A stretch of DNA of 63,991 bases, filler included, from Basidioascus undulatus (taxonomy: Eukaryota), in NCBI GenBank assembly GCA_000826855.1. It is 10 parts of 10 records of this genome, joined end to end, with 100 filler letters (N's around TTAATTAATTAA, not from the genome) between each part and the next. Parts side by side here need not be neighbours in the genome. Positions count along the whole stretch, not along the records: positions 38,884 to 45,254 come from JTLS01001758.1; positions 45,355 to 51,679 come from JTLS01001759.1; 8 more parts are not named here. One strand, written 5' to 3'. A program made the translations under genes and the position numbers. Positions 39,101 to 51,540 of the stretch are shown in pieces. The notes beneath the pieces were generated by a model. It saw nothing but the letters and a program-made list of their open reading frames with translations, was not told the origin of the DNA and did no database searches. Each line of letters begins with the position of its first letter. Position 1 is the first letter of the stretch.

Positions 39101-40324
39101 TCAGTGCTCCTCACCGTCCTTCTCCTCGCCTTTTTCCTCACCCTGCTTTGCAGCCTTCTCCTCCGCCTCAAGTCTATCCTGCTCCTTCTCCTGCTCCTTC
39201 TCCTGCTCCTTCTCCAAGCGCTGCTGCTCATACTCCGCCTCCTTCTCTTCCGCCTTCTGCTCGCGCTCCTCCTCGCGCTGCTTGTTCTTGTCACGCAGCT
39301 CCTTCTCGTGCTCGCGGTCGCGGTGCTTCTTCGCCCGCGCCAGCTCACGAGTCGGGTCCTTCGGCTTCTTTTCTTTCTTCTTCTTCTCAGGCTCGGGAGC
39401 CTCCTCACCCTTACTCGGCGCCGTCTTCCTCTGTTGCTCGGGCTGCTCCTCCTCGCCAGCGGGCTCTCGGTCGCGCACTTCGGCGGCGGGAGGCGTCTTG
39501 TCGTTGCGCACAGTGTCGAGGTAGATGACCTGAAGACGTGAGTGTGGATCAGTTTAGAACGTCTTCGATGCTGGACTCCAGGGAAATCAACACACCTGCT
39601 CGCCCGGAAGAGGCGGCGAATCGTCCTGGCCGGGAACTAGCTCGCCCTCTTTCAGCTTGACGACGCGTGGCGGAGGCAGCGCCGGCGACCCCGGAGCCGC
39701 CTGAGCCTCTGAAGGAGGGGTTTGGAAGAAGCTAGTGTCTGGGTAGAAAGGCGGAGCCTGAACCGGCTCCTCCTCGTGCTTCCGCCCGCCGTCCAAGCCG
39801 CCTATGAGGCCGCCGAAGAGGTCACGCTTCTCCTCGCTCCTCCCGACTTGCTGTGCGCCGGCTAGCGACGTCTGATCCGACTCGAAGCCGATGCCCAAGT
39901 CGTTGGGAAGGCCGGTCTCGGGCTCCGGCTTATGCGCGCCATAGGTATTCGCAGCGGTTGGAGGCGTTGCCAGCCCGAAGCTGTCCAGCGCGTCGAAGAC
40001 GTCGCGCTTCTTGGAGGGGGTCGACGCGGCTGCAAGGACGCCCACGATGCCGTTCTGGACGGCGGCTGGGTCGGAGAAGAAGTAGGGCGGGTCGGGGGAG
40101 GCTCGCGCCGGCTGGACCGACGAGGGAGCACCAAGCTGGCCTAGGAGGTCGCCATCGCGCCTGCCGAACCGGCGGGGGCGCAGACGGATCGGGTTGGCGG
40201 ACTGTTGCTCCGTAATGGAGCGTTCGGAGAGGGCGGATGGAGGCGTGTTATGGAGACCCAGGGGTATTGCCAAGACGGTGGAGGTCGAGAGCGAAAGTAG
40301 AGCGAGCGACGTGAACGTGCGCAT
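39101..40324 (-). CDS. Secreted protein with dibasic (Kex2-like) sites and a charged coiled-coil C-terminus (2 exons)
   Basis: Signal peptide MRTFTSLALLSLSTSTVLA-IP; RR-DGDLL, KKR-DVF and EKR-DLF sites; intron near 39595-39530; E/K/Q-rich tail with EQEK repeats. Confidence 0.7.
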
Positions 40325-40992
40325 CCTGTCGTCGGAGGCTGGAAAGCGATACAGTGAAGCTTGAGGCAATGGAAATGAAAGTGTGTCCAGTCACCCTTGC
40401 CTTCTTATAGAGCCTTGCCCGGCTGTTTTCTTTTGAGTGTTTGTTGATACAGCTGGACGTCAGGTTCTCGGAGGAAGGGGCACAGGGCGTAGGGCCAGTC
40501 GGTAATTATTTGCGCAGCACGACCAGCGACCGTCCGTCCGCCTGTAGCAGGCTGTGTGCAGGAACAGCTGCGCCTGCGGCGGACAACACTCTGGCAGTGA
40601 CATATCCCTCTGAGAAATCAGGGGTATACAGGAGGATTTCGATTGAACTGAACTAGTTTGGCATGCATTCCAGGGAAAGTCCATTGCTTAAGGGTACGTT
40701 GATAGACTTGCCCCTGCGGTGAACTCGGTTGTTCGAGTTACTACCGCACGAGCGGGAAAGCAAGAGGTCGAGTTGTCCAATTGCGAGGAGAAGCTGCACT
40801 ATCAGCAAGCTGTACCATCTCCAGCACTGCGCATGCCTCGCGGGGGAAAGCCTTGCGTCGTGCAAGGCGCAGAACGATTAGAAATAATATGCTTTTCAGA
40901 GTCCTGAGATGCTTTCCTTCCGCACTTATCTACGTACTCGACGTCTTGGAGTAGCCCGTTTCATTCAAGAGCGTGCAATTCCGCAAGATCAA

Positions 40993-43798
40993 CTACAGCT
41001 TCGCGAGCACCTTCCCAGCCTCGACCTTCGCGTCCTCCTCGCTGAGCTTCCGAGCGATCGCCCGGAGCTCGTTCTTCTGAATCTTGCCCGTACTGTTTCC
41101 GAGAACGTCGTCATGAACTCAACGATGTACATACTGCCTATTGAAAATGAGGGTTCGACGCACCTTGACTTCGGCAACTCCTGCACGATCTGAATCCATT
41201 CCGGAATCCCAAAGCCGGGGAGGTTGGTCTTCAAGAAAGTCTTGAGATCCTTCGAGAACGCCTCATCCTTTCCTGCCCACTTGCCTACGGCGGACTGCTT
41301 GAGGATCACGAACGCCATCGGACGCTCGCCCCATTTTGCGTGCGGACGAGCCACAGCGGCGACCTGCGAACAGTGCGAGCGTTAAGATGGAAAGCTTCGT
41401 AGTGTTCTCGAATGACTAGAAGTTAACGAACCTCTCCCACGTCTGGGTGTGCGCTAATCTCAAGCTCGATCAGAAGCGTGGAGATGTTTTCGCCGCCTGC
41501 GCAGGAAGGATGCGTCAGTATGAAACTCAAGGGGAAAGTGTCGGATTGTACGCACCGCTGATGATCAGATCTTTGCTCCGGTCCTGGATGGAGACTTCGC
41601 CTGAGGGATAGCGCACAGCGAGGTCACCTGTAGAGGGAAACAGGATGCAGGGTCAGGCGGGTGTCATCAGGACTGGGAAACGCGGTACGAACCGGAGTGG
41701 TACCATCCACCAATGAAAGCCTTGCGGGTAGCTTCCGGGTTATCATGGTATTCTTTCATAACGATCTGAAGGAGATATGTCAGCGGTGCGGTTGTTGGAA
41801 AGTGAACTGTTCAAGGAACCTACATTGCCACGCATGACGATCTGAGTCAACTCCATTCCATCAGCTGCGTCTGGGGGGTTATTATGCGAAAGAACTACAC
41901 ACCTCTCCAATCTGATGAGGTTACCAGTTAAATTTTCGGCTTGGGGAAGCTAAGAAATAAATAGTAAAATTGCGCACAGTCTTGCCGTCCATCGGAACAT
42001 CGATCAGCTCCCGCTCCTCCTCCTCCTTGCCCTCTTCCGCCTGGTACACAACGCGAACGTCCTCGGTGGTGGCGAATCTGGGATAGAGTTTAAAAAAAGA
42101 ACATAGATCTAGGTTCCAAGCAGCTTACCCATGTCCTTGACGAGCCAGCAGCCGAGCTCGCTCCTTCAGGTCCAGCGACACCCAATCCGGCTTCGGATAC
42201 CGCTTCGTGATCGGACCGTAAGTTTCGGTCTGAAATCCCTTCCGAGTCAGTACACTGGAAAAATGCTGGGCTGCAGTGCTCGACGCACCGCCCCGTAAAC
42301 GTGCAGGAACTCGAGACCGGCCAGCTCCAGCTGCTCGATCAGCGCTGCAGTCGGCGCGCTGGCGGCAGTGGTGACGAGGACCTTCTTCGCTGGACGTGCG
42401 CCGACAGGACGAGAGCTGACGATTCCGAGCGAGACAGTCGGTGCGCCCTACGGTACGAGTTTATGACGGTGAGCTTGCATTTCCTTGACGTCAACGCGTG
42501 ACGCACGCAGTAGTGAGAGACGCCGGAATGCTGCAAATGTTCCCAGATCTTCTTGTTCTGCCAAATTTTGACCAAGTATGAGTTAGTTTGATCTACACAG
42601 CAACAGGAGTGCTACGTACGTCTACAGTCCGCGTCGTCAAATGGGTGGCGAATGCGAAAGTGACCGCCCAGGGGTAGCACCATCCCGCTGCGTGGAAGCT
42701 GCACAGTTCCAAATGAGTGAGCCGACATAGAGCGCTATGAACTGATAGAACTCACGCAGGAAGAAGCCAAAGATACACCGAGTCATACACGAGGTGCGAC
42801 TCAAAGGCGTTGGCGATTGCAGCGAGGTATGAACCCCTGTGGGTCGTCACGACGCCTTTCGGCTGAAGGGGCGGTGTGAGCGAGGTAACACGGGAGATTG
42901 CGGAGGATTAGCATACCCGACCAGTCGTACCAGATCTGTTTCATTAAGTCAATCAGTACAGTTAAGAGATGAAGTAGTTTGAAGAATGCACGTGTAGCAC
43001 AGCGAGATGGCAACCTCCTCGTCGTCGACCATCTTCAGCCCCGGCCAGCCACGCTCACGCGAGAACCGGCGCCCGCTGGTGAGAAGGTCCTCGTACGGGT
43101 CGCCTTCCCGGCCGCTGTCTTTCGAGACGATGACAGGGAGCTTCGTGCCCTCGACGAGGTGCAGGTACTCGTGGTCGCAGATGATCAGCTTGGAGCCGCT
43201 GTGCTTGAGGATGTAGGCGACCTCTGAGTGGCGAAGGCGGGTCTGTAGAAAGAGGATTGGGTGAATAAATGTATTTAAGAAAGTGTTGAAAGTCGGACTA
43301 CGCACGTTGATCAGACACATCACAGCCTGCGCAGCGGGCACACCGTAATGCGCTTCGATGATCATCGGACTGTGGGGCATATTTCAGCAGCGTCTTCTTC
43401 AGACGGCAAAGACAAACCACCTACGCATTAGGACAAATGATAGCAACCCTATCGCCCGGCTCGATCCCGCGCTCAATGAGCGCATAAGCGAGGTTCTGCG
43501 CGCGCTGTGCCATCTCGCCATAGCGGTATGCGACGGGCTTGTCCGTATCGGGGTGGGCGAGCGCGATCTTCTCCGGGTGGATAGACGCGGTTTTGAGGAG
43601 AAAGTGCACGGGGGCTGGGCCATCCACCTCGTCATCAGCAGGTGGAAACGCTTCTCAGATCTGAAACGAAGACCCACTGAGGGGCGTGTGGTTGACGCGC
43701 ACGTTGGGCGGCAGTGCGAGGCGGTAGACCGGGTTCGGAGGCGGGATAGACGCCGGCGTGGGCGTAAATGACTTGAGGACAGTTTCGATGGGCGGCAT
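40993..43798 (-). CDS. AMP-binding acyl-CoA synthetase (medium-chain/AAE-like), many small exons
   Basis: YT|SGTTGR|PKGV P-loop, FHAAGW, YG|TETYGP, GWYHSG|DLAV, DRSKDLIISG|GENIST, WGERPMAFV, LPKS|STGKIQK. Confidence 0.93.
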
Positions 43799-44480
43799 TG
43801 GGGGTTTGGGACTTGCAGGGGGTATAGATGATAATTGATGGGGAGGAAGGAGCTTGGAACACGCAGTAGGCGAGCTCTTGAAGCTCGAGTGTCGACTCCC
43901 GGTTTCGGTCCGGCTCGCTTACGGCCCGGACACGTGACTGAAATTGTACGACTGTCGTGCGACGAACTCATGAACGTTGCTGTTGATTTAAGCCAAGAAG
44001 AACTTGCGGAAGCAAATCTGGTAGTGCAGGTAGAGCCCGGCGCTGGCAAGTACTACGAGGCTCGAAGTGCAGATGGTGGCGGCCATCGCGGTCCCGTGCG
44101 GAGCGACTTCGTCTCGTTGCGCCTTCGGTGCGAAACGAGAACGACCCTGGCCAACATTACTGCGGGCAAGCACACAAGAATGAGAGTATCAGACATGAGG
44201 CATGACCCGCTCCAGCGCTGTGCAACTCAATAGGCAGCCCACTAGTATCAATCCTCGACCTCGGCAGCACCAAACTTCCAACGGTTCATCACAACATCTT
44301 CTGACCAGCAGCCGCGGCCACCGACCCAATACAATACTTAGCAAACCATGCGCTTCAGTTCCCCATGTACAAATGCAAGGCAAAGTTGCGTGCCATGGTG
44401 GTTTGTGGTTGGTACAATGTCCATTTTGTGTTCCTCCCCCGTCTGCCTGCCCCCCTCCTCTAAGCGACTCCCTCCCGAGC

Positions 44481-45191
44481 TCAAGCAGCCTCGGCCGCCT
44501 TCGCCGCCTTCTTCGCCTTCTTGCTGGGCCGCAAGGGCTGCGGGTGGGAAGAAGATCAGTCATCCGTTCGACGACAGGGGAAAAGAGGGCCGGTGGGGGG
44601 AGATGGAGAAAGAGGGATGAGCAGGTAGGAGAGGAGGAAGTGAGGAGAGGGGAAAGGGAAGGAGGTGGGAGCGGACCTTGGCGTTGAGCTCCTTGATCAA
44701 CTCGGACGGCTCCTTCTCAGACTTGACGAGCTCGGGGGAGTACCACGAGGGCGGGTGGGTGAGGCGCACTGGTTCACCGCACGGCTTAAGGTCAGCACAT
44801 CCATCTTCATGGCTCGGGTAGGGCACGGAGGGACGCACGAGGGCCGGCCTTGGTCAATGCGATGGTGAAGAAGAACTGAGCCACGAACTCGCCCGACTTG
44901 TCGTACCTGGTGATCTGTTCGCGTCAGTCTCGGGAGCGGAGCAGAGAGGAGAGAAGTATGGGAGAGGAGGGGAGAAGAGAGGAGAGGCGAGAAAAGAGGA
45001 CAACGCACGTCACGTCGTAGGGAGTCAACAGCCCGTGCTGCACGCACTCCTGGACGCCCATGCGCGCCCGCGACTGGTCCTCGAGCGTGCGGAGGGTGAA
45101 GGGGCTATCGTCATGGGCTGCATGTCAGTTTTGCCACTGCATCCAGGAAGAAGGGGGAGGGGACGCACAAGGCACCAGCCTTCTTCTGGAT
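44481..45191 (-). CDS. PA2G4/EBP1/Cdb4 (inactive M24 peptidase fold), C-terminal exons
   Basis: IQKKAGAF|PFTLRTLEDQSRARMGVQECVQHGLLTPYD...DKSGEFVAQFFFTIALTKAGP...SEKE, ending in a Lys-rich tail. Confidence 0.85.
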
Positions 45192-45254
45192 CTGTTGGCA
45201 GGCGGGGGAAGGTGAGACGGAGGAAGGAGAGTGAGTTCTTGGATGGGTTGGTTG

Positions 45255-45354
45255 NNNNNNNNNNNNNNNNNNNNNNNNNNNNNNNNNNNNNNNNNNNNTT
45301 AATTAATTAANNNNNNNNNNNNNNNNNNNNNNNNNNNNNNNNNNNNNNNNNNNN
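45255..45354. other. Artificial contig linker
   Basis: N44-TTAATTAATTAA-N44. Confidence 0.98.
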
Positions 45355-45540
45355 CTCGTCACTCTCCTTCCCTCTTTTCCCTTCCTTCCCGCTCCGGTTC
45401 CTCCAACCCCTTCCTTCCTCCCCTTCTCCCTTCTCCTTTCCACCCCCCTCTCCGCCACCCCTCCGTCCCTCCTTCCCCACCTTCTTCACCTGACCATGTA
45501 CTTGGGTACTGACATTCACTCCGCCTCCCCCGCCACCCAG

Positions 45541-45896
45541 ACATCGTCGAAGACCACCGCGGCGGTCCCCTGCTCGCCACCGAGTTCTCCTCCCCCGAGT
45601 CGTACGCGCGCTGGCGCGCGTGGTTCGACGCCGTGATGGCGCACCCGACGGTCATCGCCACGGGCAGCGAGCGAGCGCATTACGACCAGATCTATGATCG
45701 CTATCTGAATAATACGGCGCAGAGCGAGGCGGCTAAGGCGACGCGGAGCGGTGAGTGCTACTGTAGCTTGTTCTCTGGGATTCTGGGTTTGGGAGGTTTG
45801 TTGTTGGGGAGGATGTTGTTCGGAAAGGAGAGGGGTGGAGTGGGTGGCGTGACTGATTTGAGGCGTGGGAGGGGGACAGGCCAGGCACTGCCGTAA
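45541..45896 (+). CDS. Fungal glutathione S-transferase, C-terminal exons
   Basis: RWRAWFDAVMAHPTVIATGSERAHYDQIYDRYLNNTAQSEAAKATRSG|QALP* is a typical fungal GST C-terminus. Confidence 0.75.
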
Positions 45897-47937
45897 CTCT
45901 TCGTGGGAAGCTGGACAGAAGAGGAAGGAGGGGGAAGGACGGACATGGGAGGATAGGGAGGAGCAGGAGCAGGAGAAGAATGGAGGAAGGAACTGTATTC
46001 CTAAGTATTGACACTGCCAACGCCGACGCTGATGCTACACTCGCTGCATTCGCTTTGCGTGTTCGCTTGCGGTGATGTTGCGGGGCTTTTGCGCTTGTTT
46101 TGAAGGGGTGGGGAGAGGAACGGAGATGCGGGGCTTGGGATCTGGGGAGAGAGAAGGGAAGGCGGGAGGCAGACTGGGAGATTGGGGGACGATGCGCGAA
46201 AAATGATGGAGAGAGATGGGCAGGGCGCTGGGCGCTGTGCCGTCTGAAGGCACGTTGGGATTCACGGGAATAGGAGTAGATTGCATTCGTTATCAACATG
46301 TCCCGACCGTTGAGCGAGAGGGGGCGAGAAAAGGCATACAGACGGAGGGTCATCGGTCGACGAATCCGGGGACATCGACAGGCGCTCGCGAGGCACAGCT
46401 CACAGTTGAGGTATACCGGTACGTTTCTTGCCAGATACTACGCTTCTAGTTCTCAAAACCGCGCCATACCAGACGGTCCAGACGATGAGTGCGGAAAGGG
46501 AGCACACGGTACGCTGCAGCCGAGCAACCAATATCCAGTCCCCCGAAAGCTGCCTTTCCCCGTTCCATTAGCTCATAAAGTCATAGCCTGAATCTGTCTC
46601 CTCAGTTCCCTGTAATGGGGAGTGCTTATCGTCGGGCTGAAGACCCGCTAGGCATCGGGTCAGCTGTCGGGGGCACGCATACGCGACAGGGTACATCCCA
46701 AGTATGATCTGCGTCCCGAGCGTATAAACTAAAAGTTCCACGTATTCTTATTGTTCAATGTTTGAATGGGAACGCTTTCGTTTCCATCCCAAAGAGTCCG
46801 CCGAGGTACGTTGCCCGACGTACCGCTCGTCGACCACGACCCAAACTCAGACGCAACATTACTATCCTCCAGCCACCCTCTGAAATGTCCACGCCACTCA
46901 GCCGGCCCCCGAGCACCGGGTTCCAGTACATCGACCCCTCCGTCAGCCGGGCGCGTACGGGAGCGCTGCGGACCCGAAGCCGTACCTCCCCCTCTCGGGT
47001 TCGGAGCCGGGTGATCAGCACATCGTCGGCAGGTGGGACACGGTCATCCCGGGCGGGCTGGAGGGGACGGTGATTTAGCTCACTGTGAGATTCCCACTTC
47101 TATCGAAACGGTTCTGAGGGGCGCAGAGCCGTGAGGCAGGGACACGGAAGAGGGTGTCCTCAACCTACAGGGGACGATCGCCAGGTTCCATAGCCGGTGA
47201 GTAGCGGCCGGGCTAAATTCAGCAGGTTCCAACAGAGGCTTACACGGAATATGTCGACCTCTGGCCACTCCGCGAAATAGTGTGCGCTGGGGAACGCTGC
47301 GACTCTGCTGGGTCCCCGCCGTGTCTTCCTTTCGAGCTCCCAATGGAGTCTTCGACTCGGCAGGGCCTTTCAGCACCTGTTAACATATTTATCTTCATTC
47401 CAGTTTATAACGCTTACATAAACGGACTGTTCAACCCAAGCAGAGAAAGTCCCAACTGTGTGAAACCCACGCTGCAGGAATCCTTCTCGGGGCTAATAAC
47501 CTTTTATGAGCATTGCGTTGTAGCTTAACAATATAGCTCACATCAAGGATTACAAGCAAAATGATATTCTGTACAAGGTCAAAACCCAGTGAGCGGTGGT
47601 GAACGGGAGTCTGTTCGCTCTGCGGGCAGAACGCAGCGAGCAGATAAGCGGCCCACGGGCACGGTCTCATACACCCATACGCGTCCATATTCAAAAGAGG
47701 AAGTGAGTTAGTGGGTAGGCATTTTTCTGGAAAGGTTCCGGTGGATTGCTCGTTGGGGATGGGTTGGCCGTCAGGCTGTGCTCGACGTCTACCCATCGCG
47801 CTCGTCACTTCGGGCTCCTTATCTCGAAGTCAAGGGCCATAATCTGGCACTTCATACGTTTTGAGGCTACTTTAACGATTTCAGCGGCCCGAGGTCTCCT
47901 CTGCTAAAGTAGAACATCCGCCACGCATCCGTTCACA

Positions 47938-48931
47938 ATGCCGCATTCGATCTCTGGCCCGCTTGAGGCATCATGTACTTCGACCGACCGGAAACCCCAT
48001 GGTGTTCCTTCAGGGTTTACCACTGGATCGATCCAGCAGACTGACGGTGCTTGTGACCAGGTCTAACTCTGACGCCCGCGACCTCGTCATCCTCGGCGAT
48101 GGTGGGTGCGGAAAAACCAGTCTGCTCACAGCCTTCTCGAGGAGAGTATTTAGAGAGGTATTAAGGCTTTCCCTTCGTACTCCTGTGCATCCTTATGACA
48201 ACTGTTGACACCCTCTGATTCCAGACGAGGAAGGGCGATGAGGTGACGCTTGAATCGAACGTCGTGGCTGTGAAGTGGACGAGAAGCGCCTTGAACTTGT
48301 CCTGTGAGTCGCAATTCGGTGATATACATGTCCTTCAATGACTCGCAGAATTCTGCTCACTGTTATGAGGTGTCAAAGGTGGGAGCGAAGCCATGAGGAC
48401 CTCGACCAACGCTGGCCCCGCACGCTCCCCAAACCGCATGTCATCCTCCTCTGCTTCGCCATCGCCAACGTACACTAGACGGTAAGTATGGCTCGGTAAG
48501 ACGACTTTTATCCATTTACATGTTGTATGGCACACCAGCGCGAACTGACAGACTGGCGCGGGCGGCCTTCAGTGGATTTCCGAAACTCCTGCACTTCAGT
48601 CGTGGCCGTCCAATCACCCTCCTCGGATGCAAGAAGGATCTTCGTGATGACCAGGGAACGGTCTACAAGCTCCGGAAAATGGGACAGCGGCCGGTCACGC
48701 CGGAGGAGGTACATTCATCTCCCACGAGCCATGAACGCGTCCGCCAGTGTTGATTGTTCGATCCGTTCGTGCCATCCCACGGAGGATTGTGCAAAGCTGT
48801 ACCCGAATCCTCGGCGCGGACAGACGAGGGAGTGGAAGAGGTCTTCCATGAGGCCGCACACGCTGCGCTCCTTACCGACGGGGCCGCTGTATCTTGCAGT
48901 GACGGTGAAGGGGTGCTCGCATTCTTCTAAA
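47938..48931 (+). pseudogene. Rho-family small GTPase pseudogene (Rho1-like)
   Basis: LVILGDGGCGKTSLL (G1), VDEKRLELVL, PHVILLCFAI, PITLLGCKKDLRDDQGTVYKLRKMGQRPVTPEE and SARTDEGVEEVFHEAAHAAL, interrupted by stops and frameshifts. No intact CaaX. Confidence 0.8.
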
Positions 48932-50097
48932 TGGGTCCGCCACTTGTGCCCATTGCCCGGTATTCAGCTGTCTTCGGTAGTCTTATACCATGTCCTCTAA
49001 GCTACTTTTGGTCACAGAAGGCTAGGAGTGAATGCGGCAGCTTGGGCAAGCAGGCCTCTCATCATATTTGATGTGGTAGTAACTGTCAACATTACTTGAT
49101 TGTAAAAAAAAAGGTTTTGCGAATAGAATGGAGGACAATTGGATTGCCCATCTAAACAGCGCCGTCGTTCGCCGGTAAGCTGCCTTTGTGGACTGCGCCG
49201 GCGGGTGCGGCGGTAGACTCGCTCAGTGTCTCCTGCGCATCTGCACCCCATCAACTCCCTCAGCGTCAGTATCAACATCTCTTCCCTGTGAGATCCCAGG
49301 CTCCTGCATGCCAACACAGACGTACATCGCCTCGAGCCTCTCCGCTGCCAATACTGCGCTACGTGGTTGTCGAACGGCGCGGAAGGGGAGCATCGCCCAG
49401 CGCGGGGAGTGTGTGCGGCCACGGCGAGCGGTAGCAGAGTTGGGAGGAGAGGAAAGAAGACCGGGTGGTCTGGGTCCTGGATGGTGGAAGAGCGGATGAG
49501 AGAATGCGACGGCTGCCCAGCTGCGCTCAGGGCTGGGATCGCCTTGGGCACTTCGAGCGTCAGCTTACCCCCGAAAAGTCGTTTCCAACCGCGCGATCAG
49601 GCGGTGGGCATTCCGTACTGTTGATGGGAAAAAAATTGGTTAACTGGGGTGGAGATGCTGTTCTGAACATTGACAGTGCAGCCTTATGAGCTTCAACCGC
49701 GTCCAGCGTCGTCAGGCCCGAAACGTCGAGTGAGGGCTGAACCGGCACTGTTGGTTCGGGCCTCGCGTCGAGTCACAAGTATGGGCTTGTTGTTCCTAAT
49801 AAAAAGTGCTCTACCAGCTTTCTTGGTTCCAATCTTCCTGTAAGATACTCGAGACAGTCTGAAGAAGTTTCTTTCCGTGACAAGGACGGACGCGCCGTTT
49901 CGTGCGGCTCGTCTGTGCGCTCAACACTGCCTTCCGACAACCCATTCCTGTACCAAGGAACGTATAAAGGACCTTGATCCAAAATCTCAAGCTCAGATGC
50001 CCATCATCTCTACGCTAGTTCACCACTTCCGGCTACCGCTGAGCACTTGATGCAACTATCGACACAATAGATATGAGTAAACGGCAATTAAGTCAGC

Positions 50098-50181
50098 GGG
50101 CATATGGTGTAGTGGCTTATCACGCCTTCTTAGCATGTTGCTGATTGGAGGAGGTCTCCGGTTCAATTCCGGATATGTCCA
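50098..50181 (+). tRNA. tRNA-Ala(AGC) with about 10-nt intron (50136-50145)
   Basis: Acceptor GGGCATA/TATGTCC with the G3:U70 Ala identity pair, anticodon arm CCTTC-TTAGCAT-GGAGG, T-loop GGTTCAATTCC, oligo-T terminator. Confidence 0.95.
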
Positions 50182-51393
50182 TCTTTTTTGCTTTTCTTCC
50201 GCTCCATCTTGATCGGACCTACAGAGGTCCCGGCATGCTCATGAAATTAGGCCGAAATGGGGTGGAAATACCGCTGGAGCTGTTTCTAAGACCTTGGAAG
50301 GAGAAGAGCAGTAGTGCGACAGCCTCTGGGAGGCCGCTGCGCCAACTCTCTGGGGCTACGACTTAAGGCCCAGTGTCCCTTGAACGTGTAGTAGCGCTTG
50401 CGGAAGTTTTGTTTAAATGCCCTGGATCAGTCATTTCGCTATACACAACGAGCATGCCGTCTGTTTCCAAGTTTCCACGCTCTCAACATGAATTGATAGG
50501 TATCAAGGTTTTTTTTTTGCCGTCCCTCATGGGATGGAGAATGGTCTCGGCCGGGAAAATCCGAATGGGTAAGTGAGGTTGTGATTTACACTCAAGCGAG
50601 AAGCATCGACGTGTTGAGTGCACACACGAACGGGGAGGCTTGCAAGTCGAGGAGTACCGGAGAAAAAGAGGAGATCATGGGAGCTCATCATACTGGTACG
50701 AGCGTGTCGGCTCTGAAGGAAGATGTTGAGCTCTATACAAAGATGAAATAAGGACAGGCGACTAGGAGGAACGAGTCGTAGAGCCGAGTTTTGACTTAAG
50801 CAGCCACTGCATTTACAACGGGCCGGTACTATGTGCGGGTGACGGGCTGATTACTTGCTGCGGTCTTCCTCCAAACTGTCCGAACTCGAAGAAGGTTGTT
50901 GTGGTGCATTGACACTGCCGCTCTCGTCCTCTCCATTTCCAAATACAACAAGAGCTCCAGTCCCATGTCAAGGAGGCATACCGCACGCATATCTCGAAGA
51001 CTTTATTCTCATACTGCCGTCCACCTGCTTGAGCCTGCGGGACAGCGCCATTTCAGTTAAATGACTATCGTTCCATAGGGGAGCCTATACTGTGAACTTT
51101 ATATCAGTGTATCTCTTGAATATTGGCTAGAGCCAGATGCCCAGCGAAGTTGCCAGCTCCGCCCATCTCCAACCGCCCAGCCGGTACTGCCCCCACACCT
51201 AGCCGACAGCGTATTGCTCCGAGAACAGTAGACACGATATGGCAGCACCGACGAGCTTTACTGCCTTCCAGTACGCCCCGACCTTCCCACTCTCCGATCC
51301 CCCAGGACTTGGCCCGCCTGCACGCCCGGGACGTCATCATAAAAGTACAACAGTCATCAATAAACTCATCACAAACCACTCTCTCCCCCCAAA

Positions 51394-51540
51394 CTACTCA
51401 GGCCCAGTCGGCGGCGGCGCCCCCGCCCCGCCCGCCTCCATCCGCGCCTTGCTCGCCGCAAAGAGCTTCTCCTGCTGCGCGAGGAGCTCTTCTTCCGTCA
51501 GGCCCGAGGCGGCGAGGCGCGAGCCTTTGCGCTCTTTGTC
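51394..51540 (-). CDS. NCB2: Negative cofactor 2 beta (Dr1/NCB2), last exon
   Basis: DKERKGSRLAASGLTEEELLAQQEKLFAASKARM matches the Dr1 C-terminal GL.EEELL.QQ..LF motif. Confidence 0.8.
   Translation of the reverse strand, partial: DKERKGSRLAASGLTEEELLAQQEKLFAASKARMEAGGAGAPPPTGPE

Noticed and set aside
46632..46647. CTGAAGA as a hammerhead ribozyme core
   Set aside because: It sits in a hairpin loop with no GAAA/stem III arrangement.
47444..47496. GAAAGTCCC ... GGGGCTAA as the RNase MRP P4 helix
   Set aside because: The spacing is only about 45 nt, far too short, and the pairing is imperfect.
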